DNA of 60,356 nucleotides from a virus (lineage: Duplodnaviria; Caudoviricetes): positions 1-60,356 of the IMG/VR virus record IMGVR_UViG_3300027593_000003; one strand, 5' to 3'. Position 1 is the stretch's first letter, and every line of letters starts with the position of its first letter. Positions 36,154 through 46,400 of the stretch are shown here, piece by piece. Both the position numbers and the translations under genes were made by a program. The notes under the pieces were generated by a model. That model worked only from the letters and a program-made list of their open reading frames with translations. It did no database searches and had not been told where the DNA came from.

Positions 36154-37134
36154 ATGGAAATTCTAGTAGGTTCAAATTCACCAGTAACGCACAAAGTGTT
36201 TTGGCAGGGGCAGCTAACTGATTCAGATAGCCTTCCAGTTGTAAAGATATATGACATTACAGAAGATCCAACAGTATCTCCTTCAATTAATCCAGGAACA
36301 ATACTTGCAACATTAACACCTGTAAAATCAGAAGTAGATGCGGGAACATATATAGTATACATTCCCTTAACCTACACAAATAGACAAAGGCAGTTAAGAT
36401 TAAATTGGTCCTATTCAGTAGGAGGAACTTCTACACAAAAAGACCATAAGGTGTATGTGCAAACCCCGTACACTGATATGAGTCAGGCAATTGACGCTTT
36501 GGGGTTGGGGTCTGACTATTCAGATCCTAATTCTAAATCATATTTTGAATTGTGTGCTGCAGAAAGATATGCTAGAAAATTAATTGAATCTTATACAGGT
36601 CAACAATTTTATTTGTATGATGATGTTCAGATTGCGTATGGATCAGGCTCTGATGTTTTGCCGTTACCTTATAAGCTAGCAGAGCTTCACGAATTATATC
36701 AAAACGATATACTGCTTTTAAATAATTTAACCAACGTAAATAATTGGACTTACAACACAATTGTTTCAGAGACTGGTTTTGGAATAAGAATAAATAGAGC
36801 CAATATGCTTGACAATACAGTATACATAGCAAACGGAATGGTTCCTCCATCAATAAACGATACCAGCAATGGAGTTTTTTCAAATGGGTCAACGTATAAA
36901 GTTCAAGGTAGATTTGGCTGGCAAGAAGTTCCAGATGAAGTTGATCTAGCGTGTATTGAATTAATGAGAGACTATTTCTCAAAAGACAAGGTATGGCGTA
37001 ACAAATACATGAAGTCTATAAAAACTTTTGATTGGCAATTTGAGTACAACTCGGGCACATACTCAGGGACTGGCAATTTGTATGTAGATCAGCTGCTTTT
37101 ACCTTACGTTATTAATAAAATGGTAGTTATATAA
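36154..37134 (+). CDS. head-tail adaptor
   Basis: ARKLIESYTGQ.F, GW..VPDEV..A, VDQLLLPY; synteny. Confidence 0.75.
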   Translation: MEILVGSNSPVTHKVFWQGQLTDSDSLPVVKIYDITEDPTVSPSINPGTILATLTPVKSEVDAGTYIVYIPLTYTNRQRQLRLNWSYSVGGTSTQKDHKVYVQTPYTDMSQAIDALGLGSDYSDPNSKSYFELCAAERYARKLIESYTGQQFYLYDDVQIAYGSGSDVLPLPYKLAELHELYQNDILLLNNLTNVNNWTYNTIVSETGFGIRINRANMLDNTVYIANGMVPPSINDTSNGVFSNGSTYKVQGRFGWQEVPDEVDLACIELMRDYFSKDKVWRNKYMKSIKTFDWQFEYNSGTYSGTGNLYVDQLLLPYVINKMVVI

Positions 37135-37562
37135 TGTATGATCTTGTTGAATCTATACTTACTATGTTTATGGATGTCTATAAGCCAGTTGATTCGCAGG
37201 ATCCAGATACAGGCTCAATAAAAAAAGAATGGCAATATGACAGAACTGTATCGTGTAGCGCAAAGGGCAACATAAGCAACTCTGCTTCAAGCATTACTAA
37301 AGACGGACAAAAGTTTTCCAATAAGTATACTAATGAAGAAGTGTTACAGATTAGAACATCAGAGCAAGTAACATTAAGAGAAAAAATTACAAACATTAGA
37401 GACCATGATGGAAACACTATATGGGAAGAATTAAATTTTCCAACCAACACTCCTACAGTTTTTGAGGTAATAGGAACAACTCCAATGACAGACCCGTTCG
37501 GCGGCATAGTGGGATATAACTCTACTGTCAAGAGATCGGAAAACCAGACAATTGGACAATAG
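37134..37562 (+). CDS. head closure/stopper protein
   Basis: Size and synteny; DPDTG, DPFG motifs. Confidence 0.6.
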   Translation: MYDLVESILTMFMDVYKPVDSQDPDTGSIKKEWQYDRTVSCSAKGNISNSASSITKDGQKFSNKYTNEEVLQIRTSEQVTLREKITNIRDHDGNTIWEELNFPTNTPTVFEVIGTTPMTDPFGGIVGYNSTVKRSENQTIGQ

Positions 37563-38334
37563 CTCACTACTAGTTACTGCAGCCAGCGGATTACAAAAGG
37601 GTATGGCTGGGACTAAGGGTAAAATTTTACAAGACAGCACAGTGGCACAAATATCTGCTGCAGTTTATTATCACGCCCAAGTAGTGTCTAAGGTAACAAC
37701 AAATAAGACATTTGAAAAGAAATTCCAGTCAGTTATATTTAATCAAATAGAACAAGACTTTGGCCTATATGTAGACTCTCAAGCAAGAGTTAATCCTAAG
37801 TCTTTGCACCACGTATACGAATGGAAGAAGACTGGAATTAAAAGCGCTAGATTATTTGATCTTAGTATGACTCCAAAGAATGGCCTTTCCTTTACAATAA
37901 CATCTAATTTTTTGCCATCTAAATCAGCTGTCCCAAATAACTTTGGAAAAAGAAAACATGTGTTTATAAATAAAGCTTCTGTGATGGAAGCAGGGATGCC
38001 TCTAGTAATCCGTCCAAGGTACGCAGAGCGCTTAGTATTTGAAACTAGTACTGGAGTAGTATATATGCCTAAAGGGGCCTCTGTGACCGTTACAAGGCCT
38101 GGCGGAGGTAAAGCAACTGGAAGATTCCAGATAGCTTATGCACAATTCTTTACAGGTAATCTAGTAAACCTATCAATAAAAAATTCAGGATTTCAGAGGA
38201 TATTTAATTCAGCATTAACTAAAGCAATGAAAGTTCCATCTGATGTTAGAAAAGTTAAATATTCATTTAATGCTAATACATTAAATATGCAGGCAGAGTC
38301 AGCAATTGCCTCAGCATTTGGAGGTGCAGCATGA
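37552..38334 (+). CDS. neck/tail-completion protein
   Basis: Basic protein between stopper and terminator genes. Confidence 0.55.
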   Translation: MDNSSLLVTAASGLQKGMAGTKGKILQDSTVAQISAAVYYHAQVVSKVTTNKTFEKKFQSVIFNQIEQDFGLYVDSQARVNPKSLHHVYEWKKTGIKSARLFDLSMTPKNGLSFTITSNFLPSKSAVPNNFGKRKHVFINKASVMEAGMPLVIRPRYAERLVFETSTGVVYMPKGASVTVTRPGGGKATGRFQIAYAQFFTGNLVNLSIKNSGFQRIFNSALTKAMKVPSDVRKVKYSFNANTLNMQAESAIASAFGGAA

Positions 38335-38840
38335 CAGATTATAAAGCAGATGTAATGCTTGATTTAAGAAAGTACCTATGGTCTGAATTAAAGGCTAATA
38401 ATATTTTTACAGCCACAGATTATTACTCGGACAATATAGGGCAAGAGATTGTTCCAATTATTCCAGTTCAGCAGTCCCCAGAAATGAATCAATTTTTGAG
38501 CGGGAAGAAACACATAGTCTATGACAAGATAGGTATGTCATATGAAGACAACTGGGCAATATGCTGTGAGCAGATCCTATTTACAATATATTCAACAGAT
38601 GTTTCAGAGATTAATGAAATTAGAAACTTAATGACAGACCTATTTAGAAGAATGGATGAGTCGGCTAGGGATACCAATGCCTACTCTGGCATATCTAAGA
38701 AATTTAAATTCTTTAGTATATTTGTTGCCGATATATCTCCAACTGCCCCATCCGAAGAACTGGCAGGGTTTTTGTCTGCAGATGTGGTGCTTGAGGTTAA
38801 ATACGCAAGGCACATAGGTACAACAGGCAGATTTCTATAG
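38331..38840 (+). CDS. tail terminator protein
   Basis: Size and position directly before tail tube. Confidence 0.6.
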   Translation: MTDYKADVMLDLRKYLWSELKANNIFTATDYYSDNIGQEIVPIIPVQQSPEMNQFLSGKKHIVYDKIGMSYEDNWAICCEQILFTIYSTDVSEINEIRNLMTDLFRRMDESARDTNAYSGISKKFKFFSIFVADISPTAPSEELAGFLSADVVLEVKYARHIGTTGRFL

Positions 38841-38841
38841 T

Positions 38842-38870
38842 TTGCCTTTTGGCGCATTATACTCTATTAT
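38842..38870 (+). promoter_or_regulatory. promoter for tail tube
   Basis: TTGCCT-17 bp-TATTAT. Confidence 0.5.
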
Positions 38871-38959
38871 TGGATATAGAGGGAAGGGCCTAGCCAGCCA
38901 AGATTTAAGATTTTACATTAAAAAAATATATATATTTTGAAAACAGGAGGTACGAAACA

Positions 38960-39682
38960 ATGGCATTTAACTCAGCCAAAAATATTCTTGTAGGAGCTTC
39001 ACCGCTCTACATTTCAACAAGCGATTCAACAGTATCTGGTTATAAGGAAAACCTTTTAGACAGAGCCACTGGTGGAATTTCTTTCACAGCAAGAGCAAGA
39101 GCAACAGCAGCACTAGACGCATCTTCAGATGTTCGTAACGTAGGATTTACAAACAATGGTCTTCAGATCACTTACAACCCAACTTACGATTCAGTAACAG
39201 TAGATCAGCTTCTAGATACAGCAAAGCTTTTCAAGTCTGCTATGGAGGTTATGATTGCAACTGAAATGGCTGAAGGTACACTAGAAAATACTCTAGTTAT
39301 TTTCGGTCAAGGAGGAGCAACACTAACTAAGCAAGGAGTCTCAGGAGCAGCAACAGATGATTACCCAACAAAGGGTGCAACTGGCGCAGACGACAAGACC
39401 CTTACACTAGGACTTGAGGCAGGATCACTTGGTATTGCCCCAACAGAACGTCAGCTATTTGCAGTTGGTCAAGCACCAACACTAGCAACTACAGCAACAG
39501 GAGAAGTAGACGCAACAACAGAGCGTGTATATTATGCACGTCGTGTTTTGTCAGTACAACAGTCACAATTCTCACTTGCACGTAACGCAGCAACAACTTT
39601 CCCAGTAACATTCCGTCTTCTTCCAGACGCTAACTACAGCGGCTCAGAATACGGTAAGATTATTGACCGAGTTCTAGCTTAA
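38960..39682 (+). CDS. major tail tube protein
   Basis: NILVGA, VGFTNNG, VDQ, E.TLEN, FPVTFRLLP; strong SD; own terminator. Confidence 0.85.
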   Translation: MAFNSAKNILVGASPLYISTSDSTVSGYKENLLDRATGGISFTARARATAALDASSDVRNVGFTNNGLQITYNPTYDSVTVDQLLDTAKLFKSAMEVMIATEMAEGTLENTLVIFGQGGATLTKQGVSGAATDDYPTKGATGADDKTLTLGLEAGSLGIAPTERQLFAVGQAPTLATTATGEVDATTERVYYARRVLSVQQSQFSLARNAATTFPVTFRLLPDANYSGSEYGKIIDRVLA

Positions 39683-39695
39683 TTTATTTAAGCAG

Positions 39696-39726
39696 GAAAG
39701 GCCCCCGAAAGGGGGCTTTTTCATTT
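39696..39726 (+). terminator. intrinsic terminator
   Basis: GCCCCC-GAAA-GGGGGC followed by TTTTT. Confidence 0.9.
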
Positions 39727-39753
39727 GTATAGATAATATCTATATGTTATAAT
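39725..39753 (+). promoter_or_regulatory. promoter for tail operon
   Basis: TTGTAT-17 bp-TATAAT with extended TG. Confidence 0.65.
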
Positions 39754-39782
39754 AATTAAGACTAGATCCTAGGAGGATTAAA

Positions 39783-40115
39783 TTGGCAACAACAGTATAT
39801 AGCGTAGAACAAGTAACACTTCAGAATGGCGCAACAGTTAATCTGAAGCCTTTAAGTATTAAAGAGCTAAGAAAATTTATGCTCGTATTACAAGCAGCAA
39901 GCGATTCAACTACAGAGGATCAAACACTCAATGTACTAATTGACGCAGTTGCAGTAGCACTTGAAAAACAACTACCAGAGTTGGTAGCAAATAGAGATGC
40001 ACTAGAAGATGCACTTGACGTCCCCACAATTAATCGCATACTTGAGGTATGTGGTGGGATTAAGATGGACGACCCAAACCTTCTAGCGGCAGCGGTTCTG
40101 GCTGGTCAGAACTAG
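39783..40115 (+). CDS. tail assembly chaperone (gpG-like)
   Basis: Between tube and tape measure; TTG start with AGGAGG. Confidence 0.85.
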   Translation: MATTVYSVEQVTLQNGATVNLKPLSIKELRKFMLVLQAASDSTTEDQTLNVLIDAVAVALEKQLPELVANRDALEDALDVPTINRILEVCGGIKMDDPNLLAAAVLAGQN

Positions 40116-40450
40116 ATTTAGCCGCTTTAGAGGGTGAAGTTTTTCTTCTAGGTCACTGGAAGAATTACGAAGAACTAGAAGAAAGTCTTTCAATGCCAGA
40201 ACTTATTCAAACATTGAAATCTTTTAAGAAACAAAAGTCGGAAGACAGAAAGTTTACGGCAAGTCTTAAAGGAATAGATTTAGATGTAGACGAGGAAGAC
40301 TCAGCACCACAAGCAAAAACTTTTGACGATGTTAAAAGGCAAGCGCTTGGGATAAATGCTTCAGGTGATGACATAGTTTCTCTACAAGGAAGCTTGGCAG
40401 CACAAGCAGGATTCGGAATCGGAGCAGGTCTAGGCTACACAAAGGAGTAA
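40073..40450 (+). CDS. tail assembly chaperone extension (gpT-like), -1 frameshift product
   Basis: C CCA AAC slippery heptamer at 40073-40079; -1 frame open from 40064 to 40450. Confidence 0.8.
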   Translation, partial: PKPSSGSGSGWSELDLAALEGEVFLLGHWKNYEELEESLSMPELIQTLKSFKKQKSEDRKFTASLKGIDLDVDEEDSAPQAKTFDDVKRQALGINASGDDIVSLQGSLAAQAGFGIGAGLGYTKE

Positions 40451-40461
40451 GATAAAGATAA

Positions 40462-43400
40462 ATGGCTGATGAAAATATTGTAACTAATATAGTTGCTAAT
40501 GCAGATTTTTCAGGTCTTATTGCAGATGTCAATAAGGTCACAGCATCGTTATCAAAACTTCAAGCACAAATAATTCAATCAGACACAAGACTGGCAAGTC
40601 AAGTGGCTACAATGAACAGGTCTTTTGGTGAAAACCTAAGAAGAACTGGACAATTTTCATCACACTTTGTTACCTTAACATCTGATGTTGAGAAGTTTGG
40701 CACCAACCTAGACAGGGGCCAAATGAAGCTGAAGCAATACTTTCAGACGTTTCAGCAACACACAAAGACACAGGGCGGGTTAATTAGAGATCTTGCTAAG
40801 CAGCAAGTAGCATTACAAAATGCAATTATTCAGCCAATGGGCAAAAATGCTCAAGGGCTTATGCAATACAGTGTACATATTCCACAGGGTCTTGATGCTG
40901 TAAAAAACAAAACTGCTTTAGCAAGACAAGAGCTACAAATCATGAACAAAGTTGTTCAAGATGGTGGAGTTCAACTTATTAACTGGGGTAAAAATACTCA
41001 ATGGGCAGGCCGTCAGTTAACAGTAGGATTAACAGTACCGCTAGCAGCATTCGGTAAAGCAGCAGCAGATGCATTTAGAATGGCAGATGCAGAGCTAGTA
41101 AGACTTACAAAGGTTTATGGTGGAGTCGCAGCAACATCAGCAGAAGAGCTTGGTAAAGTAAGAAGAGAAGTTACTCAAACAGCTAAAGAAATTTCAAAGG
41201 CTTACGGAGTTTCATTTAAAGATACAATTACTCTTGCAGCAGACATTGCAGCAACTGGCAAGCAAGGTAATGAACTTTTACAGTCAGTTAAAGAAACAAG
41301 CAGACTTGCAGTACTTGGAGAAGTAGACAGACAAGAAGCAATGAAGGCCACCCTGGCAATTCAAACTACATTTAAACAAAACACTGATCAACTTTCTGAA
41401 TCTATTAACTTTCTTAACTCAGTTGAAAACCAAACCTCAACAAGCCTTGCAGATTTAATTGAAGCTATTCCAAAAGCAGGCCCAGTTATTCAGGGTATGG
41501 GTGGAAGCGTAAAAGACTTAGCTCTTTATATGACAGCAATGAAGGAAGGCGGAATTAACGCTGCTGAAGGAGCAAACGCTCTCAAGTCAGCACTTGCATC
41601 ACTTATTAATCCTACAAAGGTAGCAAAAGAAAAATTTGCAGATATGGGAATAGACTTAGGTGGAATTGTAACAAACAATGCAGGAAACCTAACAGAAACA
41701 ATTTTTGAACTACAAAAGGCATTAGATAATCTAGATCCTTTACAAAAACAACAGGCTATTGAGCAACTGTTTGGAAAGTTCCAGTTTGCTAGACTTAATG
41801 CTTTGTTCTCAAACCTAGGAAAGCAAGGAAGCCAAACGCTTCAAGTTATGGATTTAATGAAGGCAAGCTCTCAGGAGCTAGAGCAAGTGGCTGGCCGAGA
41901 ATTATCAATGGTAACAGAGTCTGCTTCTGGAAAGTATAAAAGAGCAGTAGAAGGATTAAAAGCAGATCTTGCAGGAATTGGCGACGAGTTCTTAAAGATT
42001 CAAACATTTTTTATTAATGTTGTAGATGGCGTTATTAAATTTATAAACAAATTGCCAGACCCAATTAAATCTCTGTTAACATTTGTTACAGGATTTACAG
42101 CAATCATTGGTCCAGTAATTATGTTAACTGGTGTTCTTGCCAACTTCTTTGGGTATATAATTAAAGGAGCATCCCACTTCAGGGCTTTGTTTAAAGGCGG
42201 AGAAGGCTGGAAAATGCTTACGCCAGAAATTTTGGCAGCACAAAAAGCAGGATCACTTGTTGAGGCAACATTCTATAGTGATGCTAAAGCAGCTACAGTA
42301 TTAAAAACTGCAATTGCAGGTCTAGTAACAGAATTTGAATTACTACAATCAAAGGCAATGACTGGTGCAATATCTGCCTCCCCAGCAATTTCAACAATGG
42401 CAGGAAATGTTGTTAAGGGCAGCGGAGCAAGAGTTGTTGATCCTAATCACCCGCTAATTAGTCCAGAAGATACACGGTCAATGTCTCACCTTAATCCAGT
42501 TGCTGGAATGACAATGGATCAGAAATCAACACAAACAATTTTCGGAACCGTACCTGGGGCACCAAAAGTAAATCAAAAAATTGGTAATAATCCTCAAATG
42601 TATATGTCTGGCGACCTTCCAAAGATTCCAGGGCTAACATCAATAGGTGGAGCTTCTACAGGTATCGTTGCAGCAGAAGCCGCAAAGTGGCATGCAATGA
42701 CAGGCGCACTTGCAATGCAATCACAAGCAGAAATTGCTTTGCTTAAAAAAGAAGTTGCATCAACTGGGCTTATAACGGCATCACTGTCTGATTCGTATCA
42801 GGCATTACTTCCAACAATGACTAAACTGACTGCTAATGCAGCAACAGAATCAGCAGCAATTGTTGCACAGTTGCAGGCTGGCAAGCTAACGGTAGATCAA
42901 GCAAGAGCTAAGATTATTCAATTAAATGCACAAGTAGAGTCTATGATTGCACAGGCTTCCGTAGACATTGCTGGGCAACAAGGAAGAACAATAGGGTTAA
43001 CAACAGTCCCTCTATTAAATCAGCCAGTTGTAAATGCTGCTGGAAAAACTAATATGAAAGAGCTTCTTCGCCCAGGAAGAACCAGAGACCTTCTTAATAA
43101 AATTGCAAGAGGGCTGGGCGTAAAAACGTTTGGTGCTGGATACAGTACAGAAACAACTATTCCAAAAAGATTTAATACTGGAAGCCTTGTTCCAGGAACT
43201 GGCAATACAGACACAGTGCCCGCAATGCTTACTCCAGGAGAGTTTGTTATTAATAAAGAAGCAACGGCGGCAAATCTGCCATTGCTTCAAGCAATTAACA
43301 ATGGTCAGCAGTCTAATACAGGTCAATATAATATAGGCGGAATTGTACAGGCATTTTTAAAAATGAATCGGGGCGGCAGTTCAAAGCCCATGGTTTCAAA

Positions 43401-46400
43401 AAGATTAATAGATAAACTCTTCCCAGGAAGACTTACATCTCGTGCAAATGCTGAATACTATGAGCCAAAAGGCAACACGGGTGTTTTTGGAGGAAATGTT
43501 TCTAACAGAAAAATTTCTGCATCAACAGCAAAAATAAATAAAGATATGGAAGGGGACGGGGTAGATCCAAGAACCTTACTTGCTTCTGTAAATGCAAGAG
43601 GTGGAGGGTCAAGATTATCTACTGATGTGTTTTTAGACGGTCTAGTGGGAGCAGGAGTAATTACAAAAGCAGAAAAAAGAAGACTTTCAAAGCTAGTATT
43701 TAATGCTTATGCAAAAAAAGTTCTTTCAATGGGTAAGGTTAATGACACCAATAACCCAGTTTATTCAGTATCAGAAAGTTTATTAAGAAAAGAACTTGGC
43801 GGAAATGCAATTGGCATAGAAGCTTGGGACAAGTGGTCTCGTTCTCCAGGAAGCTTTGCTCATCCAACACGCAGAAGCTCCACTGGATTCTTAAACCAAA
43901 TTCAAGCTGGGGGAAGATCTATTAGATTTTCAAACCTAGAGGCTTCAAAACAAAATAAATTTTATCATTCAAAAGAGTCATCAAATCCATTTATACAAAT
44001 ACTCGCATCTTTATTTGGCGCAACAAAATTAAATAGAGGCGGGCCAGTAGGCAATGTATTAAAAAGCACAGCTTTTAAAAACATAGGAGCTAGGTTTGGA
44101 AAAATAGGAGAGAAATGGGGAGCCACTTCTCTATCTATTGGTATGGGAAAAAAGCTTTTTGGAGGTTCTGGATTAACCCCTAAAGCTCAAAACTTAATGT
44201 ATGGAAAGCTAGTTGAAAATCTTGAAAAAGAAAGACCATACGGCTATGTAACAAATGAGCAAGGTCACCTTAAGAATGCTTTAGAGCCACATGTTGTAGA
44301 TATACTTATTAAGTCAGCTGCAGGAGATGTACTTCAATCAGGCGGAAAAAATTTAAGTAAAATTGATAGAGAAATATTAAGAACTAAGTTTGCAAACTGG
44401 GACAACAAGTCTTGGACACCTTCGACTGGTAAAGTAAGAAAACAAATGTTTGGAATGAACGCAGGCGGAATGGTTCCAGGAGCTCAATACTTTAACAGAG
44501 GTGGAAGAGTAAAGGGAGTTCAATACTTTAATGACGGAACTAAAAACCCAGTTCAGCGAATAACATTTGGATCTGCTTATAAACAAGAAAGAGCAAAAGG
44601 TAATATAGGAACAGGAATGATGGGCGCAGGACCAATGGCTGGTATGGGTATTGGCATGGGAATGCAGATGGCTGGTGGAGCAATTGGCGGACAAGCAGGA
44701 CAAATGATGCAATTTGCATCAGTGCTTCCAATGCTTGCTCCAAATATGCTAGGCTCGTTAAGTAAGCTAGCTGGAGGATTTAAAGGTGTTGGCGGAGCAG
44801 CAGGAATTGCTGGTAAAGCAATTGGTCTAGCAATGAGATTTGCACTAGGCCCTGTCGGATTGCTTCTTACAGCACTTACTGCAGGATATGCAATATTTAA
44901 AAAGTTTAAGCAAGAGCAAGAGCAAAATAAAATTGAGAAAACTAACTCGGTTGGAATTACAGAAAAATCTGCAGCAGAGGCGGGGATTAAATACAACAAT
45001 CTTTCTAATTCTATTAAAGCAGTAAATGACCAACTTGATCTAACTAGAGCAAAGGGAAGAAATGCCTATGAAGCCCTCAACTCAGCGGGAGTTCAAGGTC
45101 TAACTCTAAGCATTAAAGAATTAAGAGCAGGAATAAAGAATGCAAAAGAAAACCAAAAAGAGCTAGTTGGAACATTTACAGACATAGATGTATCTGGAGA
45201 TGCTGACAAGCAGGCAAAAGTTACTGAAATTGCTACTAACTTAAAGGCACAATTTATAGCAGCAGGTATTTCTGCCCAAGAGGCAACAAATAAAATCTAT
45301 GCAATTATATCCGCATCAGATAAAGCCGATATGGCATTTAACGCAATATCTAGCAAGGGCTTTAGAGAAATTGTTGATGCGGGAACCGCAGCAGATGCAA
45401 TGTTGGAAAAGCTGCTCAATACTAGCCTATCTGGAGATGACTTGGGTATGGCTATCTCAAATACCATAGATGCATTTGACGAAAGTTTAGCAAAAATACT
45501 AAAAACTAAAGATGCAAATGGCGAACTTATAACTCAGCAAGAAGCTATATCAAAAATTTTAGATGATATTAATTCAAAAGAAAATTCACAATTACAATTA
45601 GGTACCGCTAAGCTAGAGTCTCTTAAAGAAACACATCCAGAACTTGCTAAAGTACTTAATGCTGCAGATAATGTTGCAGGAATGTATGCAAAATGGAGAC
45701 TTAGACTTGCGGGAGTCAGAACTGATTTAAGTGCAATAACTTCAGAGCAAGCTCAAGCCCTACTAGCATTTGAGTCAGCACTAGACTCCTCTATAGCCGC
45801 CTCAGAATCCAAATCTTCAGGAAGCGGTATTGGGGCCAAATCACAAAAATCTATTGCTGCTTTGCAAAAATTAATTACAGCTGGTGGACAAAAAGCAGCA
45901 GTGGCTGCACAAAAAACTCAAGATCAAATTAAGGAAGAAATTAAACTTATCGATAAAAAAATTGATAAGATTAATGAAGAGGCAGACGCCAGAAAGAAAG
46001 CATTAGAGGCTTCACAAAATAAAGAAAACTTAGCCCTTGAAATTCAAAAAGCTCAGCTGGAATACGCAGACAAAATGGCTGCAGGAGATATGGCTGGAGC
46101 AGCCCAGGCACAGCTAAAGATTAAGCAACTTGTTGGAGAAAGAGAAACTCAAAAATCTATTGATGCAATTGAAGAAAATAGAGCTAAGCGTGAAAAAGAA
46201 TTAATTGCCCAAAGAGAAAAACTTCAAGCTCAATCAGATAAGGCTGCAAAAAATCTAGCTAGCGCTCAAAATAATGCTACTTCAGCGGGCGAAAGAATGA
46301 ATAAGGTTGATCAGTATCAAAACGAATATCAAAGACTGGTAAAGGAACAGGCCAGACTAGATGTAATCTTAGCAGAAAATCCAGAAGACAAAAAGGCATT

